A DNA stretch of 64,000 nt from Prasinococcaceae sp. CCMP 1430 (GCA_013416795.1 RQSC01000520.1:12046-76045), one strand, 5' to 3'; counted from the first letter of the stretch, positions 47,584 through 62,435 are shown. The notes: generated by a model not told the origin, from the sequence alone. Numbers and translations: made by a program.

Positions 47584-48774
47584 TCAGCCTGACGAGCCCC
47601 CTGCCCCACCCCCCGCGGCGGCCTGCGCGCGCTGCAGCTGCTCCCGCCCGTGCCGCGGCACGAGGCGGTTGACGAGGTCCTCCGAGGCGCCCTTGAGCTC
47701 CTCTGGCCGGAAGTCGAAGAGCGGGGGCGGCGGGCGCCCGTTGGGCAGGCGCAGGTTGGGATCGCGCAGCTCGTCGAAGTATGGGTGCGCGCACACTTCC
47801 AGCGCCTTGTAGCGCAGGTTGGGCGAGTACTGCAGCATCTTGGACACGAGCTCGACGGCGTCCTGGGGCATCCTCTTGTTAAAGACCTTGGTCCAGGGGT
47901 GCGCCTTGATCTGTGGGAACTTGAACTCGGTGTAGTTGGGGTTCATCGTGTGGATCTCCTCGCGCGTGGGCGTGCCCAGCACCTTGATGATCTCGACGAG
48001 CTGGTCCACGCCGGACTCCCCCGGGAAGAGCGGCTGCCTTAGCAGCAGCTCGGCCATCACGCATCCCATCGACCAGATGTCGATCGCTGTTGTGTAGTCT
48101 GTCGCCCCGAAGATGAGCTCGGGCGCGCGGTAGTAGCGGCTGCAGATGTATGATATGTTCGGCTCGCCACGCACCAGGATCTTCGCGCTGCCGAAGTCGC
48201 ACAGCTTGAGCTGGTGGGTGGTCGTGTTGACGAGGAGGTTCTGCGGCTTGATGTCGCGGTGGCACACGCCCTTCGAGTGGATGTACGCCAGACTGCGCGC
48301 CATCTGGTACATGTACAGCTTGACGTGCAGGCTGGGGATGCGCTGGTTGACTTTCCTGAACTTCCTGGCCACGTTGTACACCGTGTCGGGGACGTACTCG
48401 AGGACCAGGTTGAGATACACCTCCTCTTTCTTCGTGGTACTGTAGTAGCAGTGCTTCAGGCGCACCACGCACGGGTGGTCGAGGATGCGCATGATCTGCA
48501 GCTCGCGGTTCTTAAACCGCTTGTCCTGCAGTACCTTCTTGATGGCCACTGTTTCGTTCGTCTCCAGGCACGTCGCCATCACCACCACACCGAAGCTCCC
48601 ATTTCCGACCACATCCTCCACCTGGTAGTTCAGAGTATACCGCTGCCCATTGTGCATGCACTGCGTGTGAATGACCTGCCCCTGCTCCGCGGTGTTGCCC
48701 GTGTCCATCGTCGTCGTCTCATACACGCGATCGATGTCATCACGCTCGTGGCGACCGCTGCCGTTGAGATCCAT
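47584..48774 (-). CDS. GSK3: Shaggy/GSK3-like protein kinase
   Basis: [68 protein letters not shown]. Confidence 0.97.
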   Translation of the reverse strand: MDLNGSGRHERDDIDRVYETTTMDTGNTAEQGQVIHTQCMHNGQRYTLNYQVEDVVGNGSFGVVVMATCLETNETVAIKKVLQDKRFKNRELQIMRILDHPCVVRLKHCYYSTTKKEEVYLNLVLEYVPDTVYNVARKFRKVNQRIPSLHVKLYMYQMARSLAYIHSKGVCHRDIKPQNLLVNTTTHQLKLCDFGSAKILVRGEPNISYICSRYYRAPELIFGATDYTTAIDIWSMGCVMAELLLRQPLFPGESGVDQLVEIIKVLGTPTREEIHTMNPNYTEFKFPQIKAHPWTKVFNKRMPQDAVELVSKMLQYSPNLRYKALEVCAHPYFDELRDPNLRLPNGRPPPPLFDFRPEELKGASEDLVNRLVPRHGREQLQRAQAAAGGGAGGSSG

Positions 48775-49892
48775 CTCCTGCGCGGAGCAGCGAAAAGCAG
48801 AGGGGACACCGCGCGCCGGGGCGATGCGCAATGCAGCGGCCAACATGACCTCGTCAGCACCGCAGTCCGTCGGCGCGCAAGCGGCGCACGCAGAAACTGC
48901 GCGAGCGGGCGCGAGCGGGCGCGAGCGAGCGAGTGGCCCGCTCCCCCTCCCGTGGAAACGACCAGCGGCAGCCAAGGTCCGAGTCCACGGCGCATATGCG
49001 CAAGGCCCGCACCGCCAGCAGGCAACCCGGCTGGTGCCTCGTCTGCGCCAGCCTTGCACGCGGTCCCAAGCGCGGCGTTCCAACGCACCTCAAGTTCTCG
49101 AGCAGCAGCTGCGGTATCTGTGCTCGAACCGGCCATGCTATTGCTGCCTGCGCGACCGGCGCAGGCACGCCGCGCCCGAAAGCGCCGCGGGGGCGCACAG
49201 CGCCCCAATGCGGGCACGCGTGGGGGCGCCGGCCCATTCAGGTGCAGGGCAACGCGACAGCCGTCCAGAGACCACGCGCGCGACAATGGCGTTGCCACGC
49301 GCGAGCGGACATAGGCGGCGCGAGAGGTGGGCGCACGCGCGCATGCACGCGCGCATGCATGCGCGCCGTGAGCGCGAGCAGGGCGCACGTGCGTCAGCGA
49401 CGACGCGTTTGAACACAGAGGCGCCCAGCGCCGCGCGGTGCCCGCGCGCACCGGCACCGCAGCGAGGAGCGCATTCGCCCGCGAGGAGTTGGCCAAGCAC
49501 ACGCTCTTTCCGCACCACGCAGTCGGCGCGCACTTAGACGGGCTGGGGCGAGGTGGGGGGTGCCACACGCAGCGCCGCGTGGCCACCAGCGAGGTCGAAG
49601 GGAAAGAAACGGGGAAAAAGGGGGGCAAAAAAGGCGACCGTGCGCGTGCAACGCGCGCGCGGGGGGGGGGGGCAAAGAGGGGCCAACCCGCCTTGCGCAG
49701 GGCGCGATTGCCCCCGCTCGAGCGCATTCGGACAGCTTTGGGCCACTGGCGACCCCCCTGAGCATCCGCTGCGCGCACGCGCGCCGCGATGCCCCTGCCG
49801 GCCCCCGGGGGGACCACAACGGTGCACCCCCCCGCGCGCGACCACGGCATTTCAAATTTTTTGCGGCTCCACCGTGGGGAAAAAAAAAATCG

Positions 49893-49943
<51 letters not shown>

Positions 49944-50150
49944 ACAGGCGCGCAGGCGCGCGCGCGCGCAGTGGCCGCTGGCGCCGCCATCGCCGCACCA
50001 CCCAGCGCCAGCCCGGCCCAGGCCAGCCCGCATCATGCATGCACGCAAACAACACGGAAAAACAACGAGGAAACGCAACAACAACAACAAAAAAAAAAAA
50101 ACCGGAGGAAGGAAAAGTGGAATGTTTGTCGGGCTCTTGTTCGTGTTGGG

Positions 50151-50177
50151 GTAAGGGTTAGGAGTTAGGGTTAGGGT
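50151..50177. repeat. Short degenerate TTAGGG (telomere-like) cluster
   Basis: gtaagggttaggagttagggttagggt, in the divergent GSK3/UAP56 intergenic region. Confidence 0.7.
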
Positions 50178-50766
50178 CTGGGTGCAGGTGCGTTCGCACC
50201 CGCGCGCGCCCGCGCGCACCCGCGCGCCCTTTTTTTTTTTCCCCTCCAGCTCAGGCCCTGTTGGCCTGCGTGTATGGGAGACGCGCGGAACCGGCTCCAG
50301 CCAGGAAGAAGCTTCTTGCCCGAGGCACCGACCGACAGACCGAGGCCCGGCGGGCGTTTCCCGGGTGGTTCCTGGGGGTTCGCGGAGGGGCTCCGACCGA
50401 GACCTCCGCCCGCGACTCCGCCCGCTTGGCCTCTTGCTCTTGTGTGTCCTGCCTGTGGTTGCAGTTGCATGCTGAGTCCTGCACGCAGCTCCTTTTTTTT
50501 TTTTTTTTGCCAGGCCATGCCACGTCTGCACGCCCGACCGAACTCGAAAGAAATGCCGCGCGCGTGGAGTCGCGCGCACAGGTCGCCGTGGGATTTGATG
50601 GCGATGGTCAAATCGCAGGCGGGCCGCGCGCGTGGCGCGGGCGCCACTTCGCGCGTGCCACTTGCCGCGCCAGCAGCCCCGCGCGCCCCACCCACCCACC
50701 CACCACAAACACACACAGCACACAGGCCTGCCCCCGCCCGCAGCCCCGCAGCCCGAGACAGCGACC

Positions 50767-53587
<2,821 letters not shown>

Positions 53588-54008
53588 ATTCCTTTTGGCG
53601 AACTTATGTATAAGATGCGATTCCAGAGTGTAGCTCCCCGTCGCTCGCAGCGAGGTTGGCGCTTGCTTGCTCTGTTTGGAGGGGAAGCAGAGAGCGCGAG
53701 TGCGTGCGGCAGCATGGGGAGAAAGCCCTGATTATAGAGTCGTCTTGCGAGCGCGCGCCGGCTCCTACCAGCGCCCAGCAAGCAGCGATTATTAGATGTG
53801 CTCTCTGCGGTCATTGCGCCTGGGCGGGCGGGCGCCGAGTGAATATGTCAGCTCGATGTCATCCAGGGGTCGACGTCAACTCGCGGGCTCGCACCCTGAT
53901 GCACGAGTCGCCGGGCGCGCAGCGCCTCTTCCCCCCCACACGCTCCATGAGGGCGATGTGTTCCCATCCCATACACCCCCCACACACCCCACACCCCGCA
54001 CCACTTAC

Positions 54009-55061
54009 CCTCAGGGCGGCCTCTGCTTCCTCCGCGAGCGCAACGAGCTCCGCGGCGCTCGCGCGGTTTTTGGGGTCTGCTTGCAAGCAGCGCTTGACGA
54101 AGCGCTCGATGCGCTCCGAGCTGCGCGCCGCTGGCAGCGCATCGTACGCGCAGTTGACGATGGCGCGCCCGAGCGTGTAGTAATTGAGGCCTGGCTTGTC
54201 GAAGGGCGAGCGCAGCGCCGCCATCTCGTATGCCAGGCAGCCAAGCGACCACACATCGCTCGCGAAGTCGTACGGCTTGCCTCTGATGACCTCGGGGCTC
54301 ATGTAGAAAGGTGTTCCCACCATCGACTGCAGCTCGACCGTTTTGGACGACATCACGCGCGAGAGGCCCAGATCGCCAAGCTTGACTGTGCCGTCGGACC
54401 CCAAGAAGACATTGCTGGGCTTGAGATCCCGGTGCATTACCCTCCGCGAGTGCATGTGCGCGAGGCCACTCGCTGCCTGCCGCAGCACCGACCAAATCGT
54501 GTGCTCGGGCAGGAGCTCGGAAGCCAATGCCTCCCCATCGCTGCTGGCGCCGACATCGCCGGCGCCGACCCCGCCGCGTGCGGCCCCCGCGCCGCCCGCG
54601 CACTCCTCCCCACGCACCCTCGCGAGCAGTTTGCCGACGTCGCCAGCGTCTGCCCACTCGAGCACGATGGCCAGCTCGTTGTCCTCCAAGAAGCTGTCCA
54701 CGTAGCGAACGATGTTGGGATGCTCAAGGGTCTGGAGCGAGCGCACCTCATTGACGCAGTCTGCGCGCCTCTCCTTGTCCATGATGGAGAATATCTGCAC
54801 GCGTTTGAGTGCCACGCGCTCGCCCGTGCGCCGGTCGGACGCGCAGAAGACGGTGGAGTACTTCCCGGAGCCAATGGGCGCGCCGACGTCGTACTGCGAG
54901 AGGCGGCTCGACGAGCGAGGTCGCACGCCGCTCCCGCTCGCCCCGCTGCCCGACGAGCCGCCCGAGCACGACGTCACCGCGAGGGCGGGGGGCGCATCGT
55001 CCATTGACATGTCGAGTGCTGGCTCCTGCGCGTGGGCGGCGCCAGACATGGCCTCCTCCAT
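54009..55061 (-). CDS. NIMA-related kinase, NEK6/7-like; donor at 54008, last exon unresolved
   Basis: VALKRVQIFSIMDKERRADCVNEV, FLEDNELAIVLEWADAGD, HSRRVMHRDLKPSNVF, VKLGDLGLSR, VGTPFYMSPE. Confidence 0.9.
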
Positions 55062-56000
55062 CGCGCGCGCGCTTCGTCACTATCCCTAAGCGCGCACGCG
55101 AGCCGCAGCCGCAGCGACTACCTGATGAGTGTCACCAGCGCAGCGCCGTGGTGGGTCTGTCGGGCGACTCGACGGGAAGCCGCGCGGCACCGCCCCGCCC
55201 CGCCGGCCGGGCGCCCCCTTTTTTCTTCGCCGCCCATTTCGCGCGCATTTACGCGCGAATATTTCCGCCCAAAACGCGCCCGCAAAAAAAAAGGGGGCCG
55301 GCGGGGGACCGGGCGACCAACCCTACGGATTGCGCCGCTCAATTTCAAAATGGCCTCGCGAGTAGAATGGCGAATGGGCTTTAAAAGCGGATTGGGAGGT
55401 GGACGAAATCGGATCTGTGGTATCGTCCGATCGGGGGGCGGCGACGCGACGCGCCGCGGCCACGCGCGCGGCAGCGCGCGCGACTCGTTGATCCGACCAG
55501 TCGTGGTGGTGGGAAGGGTGTGTCTCCGCGCGCGCCCGCCGTCGGGGAACCGGTCCCTCCTCAAAAAAATACGCGCAGGGCAAAACAAAACGCTCCTACC
55601 GTACATAAAAATCAACCGCCAACAAAAACCGTTAAAAAAGGGTATCACATCATCGCACCAATCCCAAATCGGCAAATCCATCGGAGCGGATCGCCCGGCG
55701 TTCGTCGTGGACACAACATGCCATCAAAAAGCACCCGCGAAAACTGTGTTTTAACCACGGGAGAGATTTTTTGTCGTGCGTGCTGCCTGCGGTCTTCGGC
55801 GCAGTGCAATTTGACGTGCAGCGCCGCGAGGGCCGTTGGGGCGCTGGATGGGGGAAAATCTGCAGCGCGCGCCCGCACGCGCGCGCGCTTCCGATATCGC
55901 GCCGATGTGACGCGGCGGCGTGGGGCGCCACAGAGCGCACGCGCGGGGGGGTGGGGAGGGGGGTGAGGAGGGTTGGTGCCGCGTGTCATCGGCCGTGGAG

Positions 56001-57381
56001 ATGGCGGCGCCGCTGCTGCTCTTCTGCGACGGCGCCTCGCGCCGCAACGGCGCGCGCGCCAAGGGCGACAGCGCGGCCGCGGCCGTGCTGCTGGACGCGG
56101 CGACGGAGGCGCTGCTCGTGCAGCGCGCCGTGAGGCTCGCCGAGGGGACGACGAACAACGCCGCGGAGTACGAGGCGCTGCTGATGGGCATACGCATGGC
56201 GGCGGCGATCAGGGGCAAGAAGGCCGCGGTGCGCGCGTTCACCGACAGCGAGCTGCTGTGCAAGCAGTTCCACGGCGAGTGCGGCTGCAAGGTGCCCGCG
56301 CTCCAGGAGATGCTCAAGGAGCTGCGGCGCTCCGTGCGCATGGTCGGGAGCTTCTCGCTGCGCCACGTGCCGCGCGAGCAGAACAAGGCCGCCGATTCGT
56401 TGGCAAATGGCGCTCTTGACGAGCTTGATGTGGGCAAGTCGTTCACGATGGGGCCCGAGGCCAAGGATGTGCGCGCTGCAGAGGAGCAGCACGCAGCGGC
56501 AGTGGAGACGGTCGCGGGCACCTCCAATGCTGGAACGTGCATCGTCCTCACGGAGGCCACACTCGCGGCGCACGAGCTCGCGACTGCCAAGCGCGAGCTT
56601 CGCATGTTCTGCTGCGACGTGCACGGGCCATTCTGGAAGCGTGTCGATGCTCACAAGCCCGTCGCGAGATGCTTCGGCGTGGCCGGCACGAGGGAGTGCT
56701 CGAAGGCAAAGCTCGACCCGTTGCCACGCAGGTGCGCGCGCGCGAGGGAGCGCGCGCGCGCGCGCGAGCGAACCGGCGCGTGCGACCGCCAGCGACTTTG
56801 CGTGCACTACTGACAGATGCCACGCGCGCGCGCGCGCGCTCGTGATCACATGCACGCCCTCGAACACCTCCAGCGAGGAGCGCGGCGAGGGGCTCTTCCA
56901 TTGCACCACGTGCGGACAGAAGTGGGCAGACAAGCTGGCGAAGCGCGGTGTGCCTCAGCCGTGCCCCGGGGAGGCCCCGGACGGCAGCGAAGGCGAGTGC
57001 GGCACACTGGTCGAGCCGCATAAGCTGCGGCCGATGAAGTCGCTGCACGCGCGCGCGAGATACCACCGCGAACAGAGGAGGGCCTACCACAAAGCTCTGT
57101 CGTCAACGAGCAGCGTTAGCAGTGCGGATTCCACCTGGGTCAAAGTTGAGGGCGAGGGCGTTGGGGCCGGCGCCCCAGCTGCCAGGAGCGGTGGGCGGAA
57201 GCATCCACACCGTTCCAAGCATAAGTGCGCGCTGTGCGAGAGCGGCGAGTGCCGGCGAAAGCCACCGGCATCACGGCCTCACGAGTCGTCGGGCTCCACG
57301 ATCTCTAATGCGTCCACCGTCAGTATGATGAGCCAGCTCTCCCTGAGCTATTTCAGAATGGAGACCCCGCCCGTCGCGTAG
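56001..57381 (+). CDS. RNase HI (plant RNH1/archaeal type) fused to Shiftless (SHFL/RyDEN)-like zinc-binding domain; exons 56001-56731, 56874-57381, 412 aa
   Basis: RNase H: LFCDGAS, TNNAAEYEAL, FTDSELL, HVPREQNKAADSLAN. SHFL-like: LTEATL, RMFCCDVHGPFWKRV..KPVARC, PLP, GEGLFHCTTC, GVPQPCP, SRPHESSGST. Phase-2 intron joins cleanly. Confidence 0.85.
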
Positions 57382-57492
57382 TGGGCGTGGAGCGCGCGCG
57401 CGCGCGCGCAGACTAGCGGGAGCTCAGTGTGTATAGTCTATAGTAGTACTACTGTATGTACATGAACGACGTGCCTCGTGACCAAAGGAGAC

Positions 57493-59185
57493 TCAGTGCT
57501 TCGTGACAATCGTGCGGCGCTCGGAGAACGCGTCAAGCGAGTGGTGGCCCCCCTCGCGCCCGAGGCCCGAGTCTTTCATTCCCCCGAAGGCAACGCGCAG
57601 GTCGCGCTGCAGCCAGCAGTTCACCCACACCGTCCCCGCATCAATGGCGCGCGCGATACGCTGCGCGGCCCCGCTGTCGCCGGCGAAGACGCTCGCCGCG
57701 AGGCCGTACTTGGTGCCATTCGCGAGCGCAATCGCCTCCTCCTCGGTGTCGAAGGCTTGCAAGCTGGTCATAGGGCCAAATGTCTCGTTCTGCGTGATCC
57801 GGTCGTCCTGCTTGGCGCCCTCGAGTACGCAAGGCGCAACGAAGCATCCTCGTTGGCAGCGCTCCGGGAGGCCGGCGGGCGTGCCACCGCCGCACAGCAA
57901 GGTCGCGCCATCGTCGGCAGCTTCTTGCAACATTCGGCGCACCTTTTCCACCTGATTAGGATGGATGAGCGGGCCGCATTGCGTGCGACTGTCCTCGGGG
58001 TCGCCGACAACGAGCTCGCGCGCGGCATCCACGAGCGCGCCGCGCACCTTGTCGTACACGGCGCGCTGCACCAGTACACGCTCGCAGCACAGGCAAATCT
58101 GTCCATTGTTGAGGAAAGCCGCGCGAGCGAGCTCCCGCCCCACCAGATCCGTATCGGCGTCCGCCATCACCACGGCCGCGTTCTTGCCTCCTAGCTCGAG
58201 CGAGCAGCGCTGCATCGCGCAAGGAGGGTGTGGCAAGCGGCGAGGGAGAGAGCGAGAGGAAAAGAGAGAGAGAGGGAGGGGAGAAGAAATAGAATGAGCA
58301 CGGGCGAGAACGTGCGCACGACCGCGTCGCCGTAGCATTCGCGCGGACTGGCATCGCGAGCAGCACACGTGCACGCGGTCGCCAGCGCGCGCGCGCACCT
58401 TAAAGAGCCTGCCGCAGTGCCCGCCCACGATGCGGCCGGTGACCGTGCCGCCGGTGAAGGAGACCATCTTGACGCTCGGGTGCCTCACGAGCGCGTCGCC
58501 AGCGCACGCGCCACGGCCGTGGACCACGTTGAAAACACCGGGGGGGATGCCCGCCTCGGCGACGATCTCGCCAAGCGCGAGCGCTGTGAGCGGCGACCAC
58601 TCGCTGGGCTTTGCCACCACGGTGTTACCCATGGCGAGCGCGGGCGCCACCTTCCACGTCAGCAGGTACAGCGGCAGGTTCCACGGCGTGATGAGCGCGC
58701 AAACGCCGTGGGGCGAGCGCTCCTCGTAGTTGATCACGCCGTCGGACAGATGCGCAGGCGTGGCGCCGGCCTCGTGGCGCACGAAGGATGCGAAGAAGCG
58801 AAAGTTCTCCTCTGCGCGTGCGACATCCACCACGCGCGCCAGCTGGCGCGGCTTGCCGCAGTCGAGGCTCTCGAGCAGCGCGAGGTCGTCGGCGCGGGCG
58901 ACGATGGCATCGGCGACGCGGACGAGCGCGTCGCAGCGTCGGTCGACGCTCCAGCCGCGCCATTCGGCGCCCGCCCTCCGCGCGGCCGCCACCGCCGCGT
59001 CGACGTCCTCCTCCGAAGAGTCGGCGACGAGCGTCAGCTCCTCGCCGTACGCCGGGGCGATGTTCGAGAGGGCGTGCGCCGGAGCGCCGCCGCCGCCGCC
59101 GCCGGCCGCCGCCTCCGCCNNNNNNNNNNNNNNNNCCGCCCCAGCCGCCCCCGCCAGCCAACCGCAGCGCCCCGCTGCGCCGCAT
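57493..59185 (-). CDS. ALDH8A1: 2-aminomuconic semialdehyde dehydrogenase-like (ALDH8A1); intron 58398-58210; N-gap 59120-59135 in the 5' part
   Basis: LITPWNLPLYLLTWKVAPALAMGNTVVAKPSE, SFTGG, ELGGKNA, FLNNGQICLC (catalytic Cys), VWVNCWLQRDLRVAFGGMKDSGLGREGG. Confidence 0.88.
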
Positions 59186-59374
59186 GCGCGTGCGCGTGCG
59201 CGCGCCCGCGCGCGCAATCCCGACGCGCCTCTTCGTTGCGCAGTGTATCATACCCACGGGAAACTCTTTTTGGCCCGGCGCGCGAGTGCGCGCGCGCGCG
59301 CGCGCGCGCCCGTTTTTTTTTTTGCGCGCGCGTCAGTTCCCCCCTTCGAAAACGCCGAACGATGTGCATTACTG

Positions 59375-59418
59375 TAACCCTGATTTAACCCTACAGTATA
59401 CTGTAATTGTAACCCTAA
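59375..59418. promoter_or_regulatory. Telo-box-like cluster (TAACCCTGA, TAACCCTAC, AACCCTAA) in the ALDH8A1/KMO bidirectional promoter
   Basis: Three AACCCT motifs within 44 bp of an AT-rich island. Confidence 0.45.
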
Positions 59419-59734
59419 CCTCGACGCAACGTTTTTTTTCCCACAAGCGCGCGCGTTCCGGGGGCGCGTTCCGCGGGTTGAGACGATCGTTGGGATTGAT
59501 TGATTGACGCCGGAGCGCTTCTCACTTTTCGGCGGAGCGAGCGGGCGTCGCTCGGCCCGCGCGCGCGCGCTGCCGCGCGCATCGGTGCGCAAGCAGCTGG
59601 GGGTCGTCGGCGCGCTCGTCGGCGCGGGGGGGGGCTCGAACGGACACTCGTGGGCGCGCGCGCGGCCCAGCCGCGGGAGCAGGCGCAGGCGCGGGGGCGG
59701 GGACGGGGACGGCGGTACGCGGCCCTAGGACGGC

Positions 59735-62268
59735 ATGGTGACAATGTCGCAGGACACGCCGCCCGTGGTGGTCGTTGGGGCGGGGCCGGTCGGCTGCGTG
59801 CTGGCGACGTGCCTTGCGCGCCGCGGTCGGCGCGTGCGCGTGTTCGAACAGCGCGCCGACCCCCGGGCGGGCACGGCGGGCTGGGGCGCCGAGGGGCGCT
59901 CGATCAACCTGGTCGTCACCGGACGCGGCTTCGCGGCACTCGAGCGCTTCGGCCTCGCCGACGCGCTGCGCGCCATCTCGGTGCCCATCCGCGGCCGCAT
60001 GGTGCACAAGGCCGACGGGTCCACCGCGTACCAGCCTTATGGGATCGGCCACGAGGCCAACTACTCGATCTCGCGCGGGGAGATGAACAAAGAGCTCATG
60101 ACGCTCGCGGAGGAGGTGCGAGTGCGCCCCGAATCGGCCCTTCGCGCGCGCAGCGGCACCTCCAACAGCCGCGCCTGTGCCGGCGCCGCCCACACGCCGC
60201 GCGCGACGAAGCTCGCGCTGACCGCGCGGCGAAACTCCCGCACACACACACCGTCCCCATCCTCGTGCGCGACGCGCCCGCGCCGCAGGCCGGCGTTGAG
60301 ATCGCCTTCGGCGCCTCGTACGATGCGAAAGCGAGCGCGCCGCTCGCCGGCCGACACGTGGTGATCACCGCCGACGGCTCGCGGGTGGAGGTGCCCGCGA
60401 AGACGTACGTCTTTGCGGCCGATGGCGCGGGCTCGCGCGTACGCGCGGCGCTCGCTGCGGAGTGCGCGCGCGGCGAGGGCGGCGAGGTGACCTTCAAGGC
60501 GCGTAAGGAGCCGCTGGGCCATGGCTACAAGGAGGTGCTCTTCCCGCTGGGCAGGGACGGCGCGCCCACGATGCGCTCCGACGCGCTGCACATCTGGCCG
60601 AGAGGCCATCACATGCTCATGGCTCTGGCCAACCTGGACGGCTCCTTCACGGGCACCGTCTATCTGCCGGAGGAAGGCAAGGACAGCTTCGACGAGTGTG
60701 CCCAGGCGGGCGAGTTGGGTTCCAAGGACTTCTTTTCAACGCACTACCCCGACGCCACGCCGCTCCTCGACGACGAAATGCTGGACGTCCTGCTGCCCGC
60801 CGAGCGCGGCGGGGGCGCGCTGGGCATGCTGGGGACCATGCGAGTCTCGACGTTCGCGCCCGCGCCCAGGCTGGCGCTCATCGGTGATGCCGCACACGCG
60901 ATTGTACCGTTCTTCGGCCAGGGCTGCAACTGCTGCTTCGAAGATTGCGCGACGCTCGATGCAGCCATCGAAGCGGCTGGCGGCGCCGCCACCGACGCCA
61001 AGCTCGACGTGGCGGTTGCGGCCTGGGCGCGTGAGCGCAAGGTCAATGCTGACGCCATTGCTGACATGGCGCTGGAGAACTTTGAGGAAATGCGCTCAAA
61101 GGTGGGTGACGCGGCCTTCCTGCGCAAGAAGGCGCTTGAGCACGCCGTCGAGGAGGCCATGCCGGAGATGATGCGCTCGCGCTACGCGATGGTCGCGTCG
61201 TCGACCATTTCGTACGCTACATGCTTCCAGGCGGGCTTGGCCATTGAGGGCATCCTGGCGGAGCTCGCGGCGTCCATGGAGGATGACGCGCCCGCCGAGG
61301 CCTTCGATCGCCCGCTCGCGCGTCGCCTCATCGCCGAGCGCCTCACGCCCATACTGCACGGCGCGGGCGTGTCCGACCTGTCGTTTGGCTCAGGTGGCGC
61401 CAAGCGGAAGGTCGGCATTCTCGGATACGGTCATCTCGGGCAGCACCTGTACGGCGCTATCCAAGACGGCGCGCCGGGCACTGAGGGCCTCGAGGTTGCG
61501 TTCGTGTGGAATCGCTCCGCTGACAAGCTCGAATCGCTGCCCGAGGCGCTGCGCCTGACGGGCGACGCCTCGGTGTGTGTGCGCGAGGCGCAGGCGCGCG
61601 GCGTCGGCGTGGTGGTCGAGGTAGCGCATCCCAGCATCTCGGTGGCCCTCGCAGCGCCCCTGCTGCGATCGGGCGTGGACTTCGTGTGTGGCTCGCCCAC
61701 GGCGCTCGCCGACTCGAAGGCTGAGGCTTCCATGCGCGAGGCCACCAAAGGCGTGCAGAGCGGTGGCTTGTACATTCCCAGTGGCGCATTCTGGGGGGCG
61801 CAGGACGTCCAGGCACTCTCCAACCGCGGCGGCCTCGCCGAGCTTGTGGTCACCATGAAGAAGCACCCGTCGAGCTTCAGGCTGAACGACGCCACCTTGG
61901 ACGCGAAGCGCGAGACGGCGACCAAGGAGGGCTCTGGCGAGACGCTGCTGTACGAGGGCCCCGTGCGGGGGCTGTGCCCCCTTGCGCCAAATAACGTGAA
62001 CACGATGGCGTGCGCGGCGCTCGCGGCGGCGGGCTTGGGCTTCGATGGGGTGACAGGGAGGCTGGTCGCGGACCCCTCCCTGGTGACGCACGAGATCGAA
62101 ATTGAGACGCGCGGGCCGACTCGCCCGGACGGCTCGCGCTTCAGCTGCGTCACCAAGCGGTCGAGCCCCGCGCCTCCCGGTGCAGTGACCTCAAAGGCCA
62201 CATACGGCTCGTTCCTGGAGAGCCTCGTGCGCGCAAGGGGGCGCGGCGCGGGCGTGCACTTCGTGTGA
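59735..62268 (+). CDS. KMO: Kynurenine 3-monooxygenase fused to C-terminal ASPDH (aspartate dehydrogenase domain); exons 59735-60115, 60289-62268, 786 aa
   Basis: KMO: VVGAGPVG, GRSINL, HGYKE, LHIWPRG, MALANLDGSFTGT, GDAAHAIVPFFGQG, AIADMALENFEEMR. ASPDH from ~61400: VGILGYGHLG, VVEVAHP, GSPTALAD, GAFWG, LYEGPVRGLCPLAPNNVNTMA, GAVTSKATYGSF. No stop between them. Confidence 0.92.
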
Positions 62269-62435
62269 TGAGTTTTTCCTGTAGAGCACATGTATGTACT
62301 TTGTGTATCGAAGAAGGTGCCCAACTGCGCCATTCGCCACCTGCGCGTGCAGCGCAGCGCGTGCGTGGAGTCGGCAGGGCCGAGGGGCACGCTCGCGCGC
62401 AGAGGGTCACTTGAAGCACTGTACGTAATTAATTA

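Noticed and set aside
56001-56420. RNase H as a retrotransposon remnant
   Set aside because: No reverse transcriptase, integrase, gag or LTRs nearby; cellular RNH1-type motifs and an intron-containing gene.
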